Positions 36,773-48,775 of a DNA stretch of 48,775 bases are shown piece after piece. The DNA is from Eremomyces bilateralis CBS 781.70 (taxonomy: Eukaryota): assembly GCA_010015585.1 (NCBI GenBank), contig ML975153.1; one strand, given 5' to 3'. The translations under genes were made by a program, and so were the position numbers. Numbering within the stretch: the first letter of the stretch is position 1; each line of letters starts with the position of its first letter. Under the pieces are notes generated by a model, which saw only the letters and a program-made list of their open reading frames with translations, searched no databases and was not told the origin of the DNA.

Positions 36773-39700
36773 TTAGGGCCACCCGAAAACATCCCCAACG
36801 CTCATCATACTCCATCTTGTGCCTCCTACGGCGATAATAGCGCCAACAAATTCCACCACTAGAAGCACAATTGCGCCCATTATAAACCGGGGGCTGAATA
36901 TGCGGTATAACATCAAATGTCTCCGTAACCAAGCAGCCCACACTGTGGTAGCCAGGCCGATGGTCGCGTAAACAAGGACATGGATTACCATCGCCTTCGC
37001 GACCTGTCCTAGAAGTCCCTTCGTCTTCACAGGCTGCTTCCACAGCACAACCGCCGGAACGGCAATCGAACACAGGATCTGCGCCCCGAAACTGTTCAGA
37101 ACCACCAACACCGGGCTCCACGGATACCGCACCGATCGGAGCGGGACGAAGGCGGAGTCCCACTGGATGCTGGTGAGCGTGGCTTGGTGGCCGGTCTTGA
37201 AGAAATAGAATGACCCGATGAACGCGAGGACGACCGGCCCGATAGAGGATGTTTGTTGGCCGGTGCAGGCCAGTACTTCCATGAGGCAGAGGATCTGCCA
37301 TAGGCAAAGCGCAAGCGCGCCGGAACCCATGGGCTTGTACAAGAGAAGGAGAGTCAGCACCCAGATTGTGACAAGGAGGAAATAGCGTGTGCCGTGGAGA
37401 TTGGAATATCCATGTATGACGATGGGTGCTTGCTTCGGATTCTCGTCCGACTCGGTGGGTTTTACATTCCCTGGGGTTGTCGGAGGCTTTTGAATCGAGC
37501 CCGTGGCCTCCGGACTCTTCGTGGCCGCTCGTGCTGGTGTATTTGATATGCTCAAGAATGGTTCGCACCAACTAAACGTTGAGTATCCAGCCGGTAGAGC
37601 AATCACCAATGCTATTTGAGCTATCACCATCTTAACCGTCTTGAGTCGAGCTTTGTCCCAGTCCAGCCAGTCCTTGTCATCGGCAATATCGAGACTCCAG
37701 AATAATGCGCATATGAGAAGACCAATGCGGAACGCCACCCCGATCCATAGAACTGCCGATCCATGGTACGAACCTGTAGCTTTGAAATGACTTTTAACAA
37801 TCTCTGGAAGGACGATCGCCGTGACGAAGGGGATTAGAAGTTGCCATGCCGCTGAAGTAGACGAAGTAGCCGATGCATAGAACGTGGTTTTACAATATGG
37901 CATCTGCTCTTCTCTACAGAGCATGGACAATGAAGCAATGCGAGTCAGGACAACGAAGAGAATGGAGTAGTAACACCCGAAGGTTCGTTTCGCGACATCG
38001 CGCTGTCGCATCGAGGATCCAAACATCATGACGCCGAACGACGCAAGGAACATCAGCAAAATCCGGTCCTCCCAGATAGTGAACGAATTGGAAGCGAACC
38101 CGATGGAGAGGAGAAGGGTAAATGCGACGCCGACAAAGCTCCAAAGGGTTTTTGGGACGGGCGCTCGAAGACGCCTTGCGTACCAGAATCCGGACGAAAT
38201 GCCGGCAACTCCGCCCAATGCCGCCAAATAGACGGTCGTGGAAATAAATGGAAAGGCGTCGACCAGAAAGCTAATACTCGCTCCAAGAACCGCTCCGAGA
38301 ATCATTGCAAGGGCGCCACGAACGAGGAGAATCGGATTCAACTCTGTCCGATCGCCAGTGATGCCGCAGGCATAGACGATGAGGACCCCGAGAGAGAGGA
38401 CCAAGATCTCTATCCCATGTACCATGCTGGCCATATCAAATCGAGCCCAGAGCGAGTGACATAGATGCAACGTGCTCTTTTGATATTTGGAGTAGGCTTG
38501 ATATGCGGACCTCCAATCATACTGACCCGGATTCTTGATACGCTGCACCATATCCCAGCTTGCAGTGGCTTGCTTCCACAGCTTCTGCGGCTCCGCTGTG
38601 GTAGACTCGTCTAGCTTTCTGACGTTGGAGTAGCTGGACATGTACCTGCCAATTTGCGCCGTGGTAAGGCGGTACACGGCTGCTAAATTGCCAAACTGAT
38701 TACCGGAGAGCCCAATAAATGCCTCTTCGATCGGCGCCCCAAGATTGTTGAACGGGATTGGCATCCCTAGCAGGAGTGACAAGGTTGGAACAAGGTCAAT
38801 CTGTGCGACAGGCCGTTCCTTCGCGGTTGCAGGGGGCTCGATGCGATATGAGGAAGATCGGCCGAAGACAGGTCGCTTCGAATAGAACCAAATCGCAGCC
38901 TCAACTTCATCGGCCGATTCGCCCCCGTGGTCCCCTTTCTGGTCCATTCCATGATCTCCCATGACCACAAGCAAGGTCGAGTCATCGATCGACTGAGCAA
39001 CATTGGTGAGCACGTCGTTCATCTGTCTCAGCTTCGCAGCCATCGCGGGATGGTCTGGCCCGTATCGGTGCCCTGCATGGTCGACTCCAAGGTAGTGTCC
39101 AACGATGACATCCCACTTGCTAGAATTAGTCGTGTCCAATAGTGGCAATAGGTGTTCCGTCACTCCGTTGTCCACAGTATGGAGATCCCAGACGTTGAAT
39201 GAATCGTACGGCTTGGTGAGATTGGGTTCGAAATAGCCCGGAAAGAGCGCGTGCCACGTGTCGTCTCCAAGATGGACAACCCTTTTACCAGCATGATACA
39301 GTTGTTCGATCAGGTTGTCCTCATCAATTGCCGTGCCTGCAAAGTTGGAGCCTGCGTCGATGAATGTGGGCAGGGTGCCTGTCGTCAATCCCTTCAATCT
39401 CTGCAACGTTGTCGTAGGAGGATCGGCTATGAAAGGTAGGAGGATCGCATTTTCAGGGGAGTCTTTCGCTGTTTGGTAGAAAAAAGGCAACGCGTTGTGG
39501 AAGTGGTGAGGCGCTTCTTCGGGGAACGATGGCTGGAAGGGGACTGTGAAGTCGTAACGAAGCGCATCCACCACGATAACGACGGCCTTGTCGAACGACT
39601 TGGGATGCCAGCAACCATTCTCTATTGATCCTACCTCGTACCCTTCCACCAACACAGGCGGTTCAGCACATTGTGACCTGTCATTGAGGACTAGACGCGT

Positions 39701-39985
39701 CAAAAGGAATCCGCTGGTGAACAGGTAAATCCCGAGGGCGTGAAGGATTCTAATGTCGAATCGAAGATCAGTACCGCAGCAAGATTTCCGGAGTGCATCG
39801 GGTACTTACAGGAACCACACCAGGAGCGCGACCAAGATGCCATGCGACGCCGTGAATTGATATTCGCGAACTTTCTTGTCGTCTTGACTCGCGGTGGTCA
39901 AGCCCTGCGACTCTTCCTGTTCACGGCGGGCTTTCGCCTTCGCGAATTTGGCGGCAATGCCATCGTATTCGGATTCCTTTGCCAT
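36773..39985 (-). CDS. GPI13: GPI ethanolamine phosphate transferase 3 (PIG-O), 2 exons
   Basis: GFLLTRLVL, VDALRYDF, FIADPPTTTLQRLKGLTTGTLPTFIDAGSNF, HYLGVDHAGHRYGPDHP, MGDHGMD, FFKTGHQATL, LRRHLMLYRIFSPRF. Intron 39809-39750, start MAKESEYDG. Confidence 0.96.
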
Positions 39986-40187
39986 TTTCCATTGATGCGA
40001 TGCTCAACGAGAACGCAGTGAGATGGTCTCCTATGGTGGATGGAAGAATTGACCGTTGCGGAGGTTGAAGCGATGTAGGTCAGGGTAGCAAAGAGCTGTA
40101 TGATGTATCTTGAAGTTTAGCTCCGACCAAAGCTGCCCTGGTGTCCCGAACGCGGCTAGAGCCGTCTCCGGTCATCGGGCCGTTGTC

Positions 40188-40212
40188 TCCTAAGTCCTAA
40201 GTCCTAAGTCCT
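40188..40212. repeat. Tandem heptamer (TCCTAAG) x3.5
   Basis: TCCTAAGTCCTAAGTCCTAAGTCCT in the GPI13/methyltransferase divergent intergenic region. Confidence 0.75.
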
Positions 40213-40436
40213 GTAGTGGGGGTCTATTACTGGGCACACAGGTATCGTTCATTCGTTCTCCATGACACGGATGAGGGAGGGCCCGGAGGGGACAGTCGGA
40301 TACCTCAATGTACTTAAGTCTTAATTAAGTAGACGGAGAGTTCTCTCTTCATAGCATATACCAAATTCATCGCCTTTGTATTTTGTACGTGGTACCGTAT
40401 CAGCATCATTCAAGTACATCCCCCCTTGCCCCCAAG

Positions 40437-41861
40437 ATGGCAACTAAGGATAGCAACCAGCAGAACGCCAGCGTGAACGAGGTTATCTCCAACCTGGAGG
40501 TTGACGTGAGGCTTCCATACTAGTTCCATTCCGATTCCAGATCCGATCCGTCCATCAAAGTGTTTGTAACCAAAATGTCCATGGCTGATGTCGTGTAACA
40601 GGAGGCGGCGTTGGCCCAATACATCTCGTCGTAAGCCCTCGCACATTCAAAGCAATGCAAAGAAGTCTTCCCAGGCTCTTCTAATATCGAATCCAACCAG
40701 TACTACCACGTCGATCAAGGCATCGGTCACAGATTACCGCTATGAACATGGCCGACGCTATCATGCATACGGCGATGACAGTATGACTTTGGAACTGACC
40801 TTGACGCACGCCTATACCTGACTCAGTATCCAGAATACCACCTCCCGAATGACGAGGTAATTTCTGTACAAAACGTTCAATAGAGCAATGACATTGAGCA
40901 GCTCATCAGAAAGAAATTGATCGTCTCGGTATCACTATATCACTACATCCTACGCAATATTTCACTAAGCCCTTCTAGAACTGCAACATCTCATCTGGGT
41001 CGAGGCGTTCAATGGCCGCCTCTATCTGTCTCCTCTCCCGGAGGACATGACCGATGTCCTCGACGTAGGATGCGGCACCGGCAGTACGACAATATCTCGA
41101 AACCTCGCGATCCGCTAACCTGACCGCCGTGATAGACTGGACCATCGAATTCGCCACCGCCCATCCGAGCGTCGCCGTCCTCGGCACCGACCTGTCCCCC
41201 ATCCAGCCCTCCAACGTCCCCGTCAACTGCCATTTCGTAGTCGACGACGCCACGCAGGAGTGGGCGTTCGGCCAGAAATTCGACTTCGTGCACACACGCG
41301 CCATCACGATGGGCATCGGCGACTGGGACGGCTTCATCAAGCAGGCCTACTGCTCCCTCAAGCCAGGCGGGTGGATCGAGCTGCAGGAGTTTTCCTTTCC
41401 GATCGGGTGCGATGATGGGACCATGAAGGATGGGAGTCCGTTGGCGGAGTGGGCGGCGGCCATGGTGAGCGCGATCGCGAAGGTGGGCATGGATCCCCGG
41501 GCGGCCCTGAAGCATCCGAACCGGTTGAGGACGGCAGGGTTTGCTAATGTGCAGGAGCTGCCCGTCAAGTGTCCGCTGGGGCAATGGCCGAAGGGATCCC
41601 GGGAGAAGAAGCTGGGAGTGTTGGGCCAGAAAGACCTGCTAATAGGGATCGAGGGGATTAGTACGAAGTTGTTGCGGATGTCGGGGTATAGCGAGGAGAA
41701 GGTCAATGGGTTACTGGAGGCATGTAGAAGAGACTTGTTGAATCCTATGGTAAATGTTCAACGGACAATATTTTCGCCAGGGGTCTAACATTGCACAGAT
41801 CCACGTTTATTTCCCGTTGACTGTTTCCTGGGCTCAGAAACCACTTGAGGAAACTGGATAG
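40437..41861 (+). CDS. SAM-dependent methyltransferase, LaeA-like/TAM family, 8 exons
   Basis: Hand-spliced in frame: SIKASVTDYRYEHGRRYHAY..YHLPNDE|KEIDRL|ELQH..VLDVGCGTGNWTIEFA..VLGTDLSPIQP..FVVDDA..FDFVHTR..LKPGGWIELQE..WAQKP. Includes exons of 29, 23 and 19 nt. Confidence 0.92.
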
Positions 41862-42035
41862 TCGAGCCGACTTCCAGCTAGGGAGCTGGAGACATGACAT
41901 TTGATGATAGATGAGTGGGCGTTCCATTTGTACTAAGACTGACTTTCGTCAACGATATTGCAATATGATTCTTTGGGAGCGCCGGGTGACTCGTCCATCG
42001 TGAACTAAGCCAAGTTCAAAGGTTCATGTGAGGCG

Positions 42036-44099
42036 TTACCTCCCTGCCGATTTACTTTTCTTCGTTCGATCCGTAACCGTGATCCACTCCGGCCTCACCC
42101 CTCTCTTCCCGAGCACCTTCGCCACGTCTCGATGTTGATTTCCCTGAACCATCACCTCAAACGCTTCCACCCCCTTCTTCGCACCTGTCGCCTGGTCCAC
42201 GCTCGTTGAGCTGGCGCAGAGCTTCCGCAGCTCGTCGGCAAGGCTCTGCGCACGGATCCCGTATGGCTCGATTCCCGTGATCCTCGTCACGACCTTGTTG
42301 CCCGCTCGCTGCTCCAGTATTATGGTAACCTTTGGCGGCGTGCCCGCCTTGGGTTTGATGGTTGTGGGCACATCATCCGGTGCCATCGAATTCGGATGAA
42401 GCGCCCAGAAGGTGTTGCAGGAATTCTCGAGCCGCGTGGCGAGTGCATCCCGAGGAACCCCACCGGCAGCGAGGGTTTTCGCATCGGTGGCATTAGACCC
42501 GTTGAAAAGACTGGCTATGACAGGGTCGAATTTCACGAGTCGGGGGTTCTTCGTGTCTCCTAGTGCATTCGCGGTGATGTATGCATCCAGATCATGTCGG
42601 AGCTGTGAGCGGGTGTAGAATGCCTTGGACGTCTCTCCGGGGAAGATGGCACTGATATTGGATTTCGGTCGGTAGAAAGTAGTAAGTTTCAGTTGCTGAT
42701 TTCCCGATGACGAGGAACCCGCTTTGCCATCCGCCTCTTGGTTTGGTTTCTTCTTTTTGGGAAGCGAATATGGCCGAAACTTCACAATGGCCTCATCATT
42801 GAAATCGATATCCAAAATCACCGTTTCTCCGCTACCACCACCAAAAGTCTTGGACAGGAGAATGTTCTGTTTGCCGAGATGGTTGATGAATTTCTTGAGG
42901 GTCTTCCAGCTGGTCTTCTTGATCTGAAATGCGTTGGCGTCGGCTTCATCGAAGATTGGTAGGAACGGCTGGATCAATGATGACATCGTGAACGTGGCGG
43001 ACAGCGGGAATGTCAACCCATAAGTGCTCTGCCCCTCGTTGAGCCGCTTGTAATGATGGACACCGCACACGAAGGCCTTTCGGAATACCTCATCAATCTC
43101 TTGAGTGGTGTATTCTCTTTGAGGTCGCCTCGGAGCGTCATCTGGCTCTTCTCCTTCATCATCTTCCTGTCGACCAGGTTCTGGGGCCTCCCCATTGTTT
43201 CCATCGTTCTGCTCGTCTGTCAGGGGCACGCCACCATCAGTGTCCTCGAGCTCAAGCTCTTCGGTCAGCTGAGTGACTCCATCCGCAGTGTCCTCTTCCT
43301 GCAGCCAGCTTTCGAGCTCCTCCGGTGATTTCTTTCCGGGTATTCCATTAGGCGACCAATCCCAGAGCTCATCTCCATACCAATGAACCGGCTCAACGGC
43401 ATGGCCTTTGGTTCCTTGCACCCGGGTAAGGATACTGACATCGATAACGCAGGTTCCCACTGCCATAGGAACACTCGGAGTGTCCCACGACGCGATTGCG
43501 ACGATTGATCCCTTCGTTGCATTGGAGGGGAAGGGTGGTCCAGCGAGCCCAGGGGTCATAAGCGAAGCCCCGCCTTGGATTTTCTCGACGACGATATCCG
43601 GAGTGTGCAATAGGGGAATTATTTTCGGATTCTGCCACAAGGTGTACACTATGATTGCGAGCTCGCATTAGCAAGTACACCACAAGTGCAGTCCAGATCA
43701 GCCATACCTGTTGGGTACATGCGGTCCTTATATTTGAACCACAGCACCCTTGGCTCCGCGCCCTTGTGCGAGCCGACGTATATTGTGCCTGAAATCGGGG
43801 ACAATTCGGGGCCGATTGTGGACATAAAGCGTGCTGATTGCGAGTTCTCTGGAACCAAGGAATTTCGAAGGGCTATATGTGCCGCAGCAGCCGCCGCCTT
43901 TGTCGCTTCGTCTGCTCCATCCTCGAGCGGCTTTTCGAGTTTCCAATCACTGATTATCTGCTCGGCGATCTTGCGACGATCCGAAGACCTAATCGGTGAA
44001 AGCGGTTTGATCTAGGAGTAGAGTTTACATATCAGTAATCAGAGCTATTGTCTCAACGGTTGGTATTGTAGTCCATACATTGGGCTTCTTCTTGAACAT
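42036..44099 (-). CDS. TMA64: Translation reinitiation/recycling factor eIF2D (ligatin; PUA, SWIB-like and SUI1 domains), 3 exons
   Basis: MFKKKPN|IKPLSPIRSSDRRK..YPT|VYTLWQNP..GGASLMTPGL..GTKGHAV..IKKTSWK..RAGNKVVTRITGIEPYGI..LRKLCASSTSV..VMVQGNQ. Confidence 0.93.
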
Positions 44100-45080
44100 G
44101 GCTTTCGAGGTGATGCACTATATTTTGTCTGCTTCTAGAACTTTATGCTCGGTTTAAACTATGAACGCAAGTGTACAAGCGTCTTAGGAGAGACCTGGTA
44201 GGTTTGATCACTTTTGTGTACGAAGGAAGATGACTCAGGTCCGAATTGTCCTGTAACATCGATATCGGACTCACGTCCGCTGTCTGGTGATGACGATGTG
44301 AATAGTGATTGATTGGCGTTCCAAGGCCACCAGGCAGCCACAGACAGCCACAGACAGGCAGGCCACCAGAGCGACCACCCCGCTCTGGTGCAGTCGAATG
44401 CCCCACAATCTACAGCACTCCAAGTCTGACATCACTCATCACTCCTCAGAGTTCAGACTGTGAGTCCCCAAGGCTCCAGTCCAACAGACACGAGACGGGG
44501 AGACAAGACAGGGCTCCCTGGTATTAGAAGCATAGCAATTGGCAAGCGTAAGCTCTAAGCTTTGTTCCGGCCCTGCGGAGTGCGAACCTCCTCGGACCTT
44601 ACCCACCACCATTCTCCTAGAACAGCAGCGAGAAGCATGGAACAATAATAATGGATGTATATACTCCGTATACCATCACTACTTCATGAGCTCCTCCCCA
44701 CTATGTTCGTGCCTGAGCCTGACAAAGCACTCGTCGAGCTATGATCATCCAACTACCATGAACTCCTGGCTCCCAGCTTGCCACCCGAGCTTTGTAGCTT
44801 AGCAAGACGATTTGAATCAGCACGGTAACCTCGGATGGCGTCTTTTAACATCTCCGACTCTGCGATAGAATGCGGAGTCCCCAAAATGCGGGGTGTGACA
44901 TCAACAGAATCTCGGGCCGGTGATGGGAAAGACAATTCAGTGGCTAAATTTAAGATGACGCTCCAATCTCATGGCGGAGCTTGTTTCAATTATCTTTTGC
45001 TATTCATCTCCTAGCTTCGGTTGTTGGCGAGTGTGAGTTCCAGACGTCATTATATTGAACCTTCATTACCACAGTCTACC

Positions 45081-46471
45081 ATGGCAGATCACAAGAGGAC
45101 CACCAGTCAACGATTGACTCAGATCAAGGACTTTCTCACAATGAATAAAACGGCGTCGACGATCCCTTGGGATCCCGAGTCCACCAAATTCCCCACCCGG
45201 AAGGAACTCCCACCCATCGCTGGGGCTCCTCCAGAGGCCGCATGGGTTTGGGGCGAAGATGACTTTGTACGATGGACCCCAAAGACATTGGACTTGCTGG
45301 CACTAACGGTTCCAGTGTGGACGACTGAATCTACTGACGCCCAGCCGTGTCGCTGCTGCGTCCAAGGAGATCCGGACGGGCGAGATTGTCCCCGTTAAGT
45401 ATGTTGCCGATTAGATTCCATGTCGCCGTAGCTAATTTGACCAGTCTTCCGTTGACCACCCCAGAGCAGCCCGCATTCGGTCGCGAGAAGTTCGAGCATC
45501 AAATCAAAGTCCTGGCGCCCGGTGTTGCGTACGACGACATCTACCATATGAACACTCAGAGCGGAACCCAATGGGACGGCTTCCGGCATGTAAGATATCG
45601 ATCTGCTGATACACTGGTGTCTCTAGCTGACGTCAAAATAGTTCGCCCACATCCCAACCGCCACCTTTTATAACAACGTAAGCCTTCGGAATAGGAGAAG
45701 AAATAACACCGTCTAATCCAGCCATAGACCAAAGATGAGGATATTCTTGGCCCCAAGGCAAACCACAAGTGCTCAATTCATCATTGGGCGGAGCATGGCA
45801 TCGCCGGCCGTGGTGTCCTCATCGATTACCGGGGCTATGCCCACAAGATGGGAATCAAGTATGACCCGTTCGATGTGAGACTCCGTTCCTCTCGCATCCA
45901 GGCTTGAACTTACACCCAGAAGTACTATTCGATCTCCTGGGACGAGCTGTACAAGTGTGGCCAAGACCAAGGCATCGACATTCGACCGATCGCCCAAGGC
46001 GGTGACATAAGACCCGGGGACATGCTGTTTGTCCGGAGCGGATGGGTCGAAGAATACCACCAAAAGCCGCGCGATGAGCGGGCAGCTGCAGCGCTGAGAG
46101 GCCATGATGGGCACCCCGGGGAGCAAAGCTATGTGGGTCTAGCGCAAGAGGAGAAGATGCTGGACTGGCTGCATGACTGCTACTTCGCGACCGTGGGAGG
46201 AGATGCGCCGGCATTCGAGGCCTGGCCCACGCGTGCAGGTCAGTTACTATCGTTCAGGCACGAATACAGATACTGACGCCGAATTTTAGACTATCACCTC
46301 CACCAGTATATCCTCGCCTTGTGGGGGATGCCGCTGGGCGAAATGTTGGATCTCGAGAACCTAGCGAAGAAGTGCCATGAGCGGAATCGATGGTTCTTCT
46401 TCTTTAGCTCTACTCCTGCCAATATGCCCGGCGGAGTCAGCAGCCACGTCAATGGACAAGCTATCTTTTAA
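45081..46471 (+). CDS. Putative cyclase family (kynurenine formamidase-like) hydrolase, 7 exons
   Basis: AAWVWGEDD..GRLNLLTP..FGREKFEH..YDDIYHMNTQSGTQWDGFRH..IHHWAEHGIAGRGVLIDY..IRPGDMLFVRSGW..VGGDAPAFEAWP..LHQYILALWGMPLGEMLDLE..PGGVSS. Confidence 0.9.
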
Positions 46472-46732
46472 TCGAGTACCACTCTTCCGGTCCAATGAGT
46501 CAATACTTCTCTGGTTATATACTTGCGAGGCAGACGTGAAGTAGCAACGTGGCATAGTTCGTTTTGTAAATATGAAGAAAGTCAATCAATATTGTTAGCA
46601 CCTATTGGTTCGATATATACTTGCTAGGGCTCCTGTATCGTTGTACGTATGTGGTCTGGCGTGCCTGGAGCTTACTTAAAGGCTGTAAAGTTCAGCAGAT
46701 CCACTTCCCCGTCTGTAACTCTCCTGATGCGC

Positions 46733-47823
46733 CTATGATCGATCGTTCGCGTCAAACTTCGTCGGCCAAAACGCTCGGAAGTGCTTTTTGTCGCCTAGAC
46801 TCTTGATTTCCTGCACTTCTGCAGGAGTCAACTTGAAAGTCATAGCTCTAAGGTAATTGCTTAAGCGTTGTTCCTAAGGGTTTCAATCAGCACCGATATT
46901 GGACATATATAAGAGGGCTTACCTTCGAGCTCGTTGTAACGGGGACGATATCTTGGTCGATACACCACCGAAGCAAAATTTCACCCTCGGACACTGCGTA
47001 CTTCGATGCTAATGATTTCAGATAGGCGGGCAGTTCTCCATCCTTTGTATCGCCTCGGACAATTGGGGTTAGAGGTCCATAGGCAGCAGTAGCTACCCCA
47101 TGCTTCTTGTGCCACTCCAACAATCCGCTGCTCATATGCTGCAGATAGGGATGGAACTCGATCTGATTCAACACCGGCTTCACCTTCGCTGTTGCCATGA
47201 CAGCATCAAGCTGCTTTGGAAGGAAATTCGACACTCCAATCGACTTAGCCAAACCCAGCTCTTTCACCTGCTCCATGGCTGCCCACGCTTTCTGGATATC
47301 GGCATCAGACGCACCAGCGATATCAGTGCCAGGGAACCATTGGGAATGGATAAGATACAGATCGACGTAATCGACCTTCAACTTCTGAAGCGAGGCTTGT
47401 AGAGCGGCAGGAATATCGGCAATGTTGGGGAGGACTTTGGTCACGATGAAGAGGTCGGATTGAGGGACCTTGGACTCTTCGATTGCAAGACCGAGCTCTG
47501 ATTCGGTCCCGTACACTATATAGGCGTCAATTGTAAGCTCAACTTGTGGGAGTACATGCGCCGTGGATCACCTTCAGCACCGTCCAGATAGGTATATCCT
47601 AGTTTGATCGCAGTCTTCGCGGCTTCGACAAGGGCACGGTCAATCTTGGAATCGTCACCCCTCTTATACCACGAGGTACCGGTCCCGTACCCGAGCTATT
47701 CGCGAACAGTTAGATCCCTTTAACCTCACAACACGTCCTGGATTCTGGTGCGGGGCATACCATGGGAATCTGGTTACCATCCCCCAGTTTGAGGGACGGG
47801 ATATGGACGTTGAGGTTCGCCAT
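46733..47823 (-). CDS. Aldo-keto reductase (conjugated polyketone / alpha-keto amide reductase-like), 4 exons
   Basis: IPM|LGYGTGTSWYK..GYTYLDGAE|VYGTE..LFIVTKV..YVDLYLIHS..AKSIGVSNF..NQIEFHPYLQ..AYGPL..LLRWCIDQ..VTTSSK|EQRL. The D-Y-K-H catalytic tetrad is present. Confidence 0.95.
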
Positions 47824-48435
47824 TGTCGATAATTCTCGTAGGAGGCGAACAAGCAATCCTGTCAGGGGTATGTGTCGTCGTGTTGAAGCCGAATTAGGGA
47901 CGGTTAGGGAGACCGAGAGAGATGTTCAAGATGTGACTCAGAGGAAACAGCTGGGAAATACACTGGAGGACCTTGGTACAATCAAACCAGGGGAAGTTCC
48001 GGCTTTTGAATGTGAAACCTTTCCTAGAGATTCCGGTATTCTACAACTCAGAAGCTAGACAAGGCCGATAGCCGTTAAATGGAATTATTTCCGTTCTATT
48101 TCTCATGTCCACCGTTGCCAGTCGCTCACTACCAGGAACCTCGTAAACTCCTTCCCCGGTTGGAAGGGGGTTATTAATTGGATCTCGAGTGCTTAGTCCC
48201 TACTATCGTGCTGCGGTACGTACGTACGGTGGTGACGCCCATGGCCTTCCCCTGCCATTTGGACATCTATGACGTGATAACTGATAGGTCAGTGGGGTCT
48301 ATGTAGATACACTAGAGGCAGCATAATTTAGTATCCTCGCTGAGCATTGTCGTTCCCAATTTTGTCCTGGTAAAGGTCGCTATATTGAGAACGAGACAGC
48401 ACAGGAATTGGTTTCTAAAGAGATGCTACCTGGTA

Positions 48436-48775
48436 AGTTCGAACCCCTGCCTGTTGGCCAACCACCTACTTGGCCAGTATCACCATCTTAGCCACCATCA
48501 TGAAAACCGTGACATCTCTACCACCACGTAATTATATTGAAAATTCAAACCATAGGACTATTGTACAGCATCTTGGGGAGCGTCTGGTATAGTTTCAGCC
48601 ACGGGAATACTCTGTTCTAGTATAGTATTTGCCTCCAGAAGCCGTACAGCCTCTTGCGCTACTTTGATCTCTTTAATCTGTGCGAACTTAACATTGGGAT
48701 CTATCCGAACCTTCTTCTTGCGTTTTGGGGCTGAGGCGGCATCTAGACGGGCCTGGAGACTCGCAATTTTCAGAT
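48436..48775 (-). mobile_element. 3' end of a pogo/Fot1-like (Tc1/mariner superfamily) DNA transposon: transposase C-terminus and terminal inverted repeat
   Basis: Minus frame entering from the right edge: LKIASLQARLDAASAPKRKKKVRIDPNVKFAQIKEIKVAQEA..* (stop at 48558), which matches the coiled-coil plus RKKV..PN..FA.I..I tail I recognise from Fot1-like transposases. About 120 nt beyond the stop lies TA|AGTTCGAACCCCTGCCTGTTGGCCAACCACCTACTTGGCCAG, with an internal direct repeat typical of such TIRs. Confidence 0.7.

Noticed and set aside
40507..40601. Long first intron of the methyltransferase as a possible stwintron or hidden microexon
   Set aside because: A single GT-AG excision already gives an in-frame sensible protein, and there is no nested donor disruption.
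18470..47823. Metabolic cluster idea (MET6 + SAM methyltransferase; Pof1 NMNAT + kynurenine formamidase-like + AKR)
   Set aside because: The genes are separated by about 20 kb of unrelated housekeeping genes, with no backbone synthase, transporter or cluster transcription factor.
48430..48460. GTTCGAAC as a tRNA or SINE B-box
   Set aside because: No cloverleaf. It is better explained as part of the transposon TIR.

Overview
This is eukaryotic, not prokaryotic, DNA: a gene-dense stretch of a filamentous ascomycete (Pezizomycotina) chromosome with short GT-AG introns carrying CTAAC/CTGAC-type branch sites. I hand-assembled 16 intact protein-coding genes: KRR1, an MHYT-domain membrane sensor, a DUF3712-like protein, a large disordered protein, MET6, a PLAC8 protein, a Pof1-like nucleotidyltransferase, a divergent V-ATPase c subunit, a DUF3405-like protein, ERD2, TAD3, PEX16, GPI13, a LaeA/TAM-like methyltransferase, eIF2D/TMA64, and a cyclase-family hydrolase; an aldo-keto reductase makes 17. 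Most are arranged as divergent pairs. There are also two apparently frameshifted coding relics (about 10.8-11.8 kb and 26.1-27.0 kb) and the end of a pogo/Fot1-like DNA transposon running off the right edge. I found no rRNA, tRNA, CRISPR array or biosynthetic cluster that I can support. I cannot demonstrate a new multi-gene system. The best lead is the MHYT sensor, which has a bacterial-type input domain, no recognisable output domain and a 4 kb ORF-poor upstream region. All family calls come from motif recognition, not database searches, and coordinates were counted by hand.
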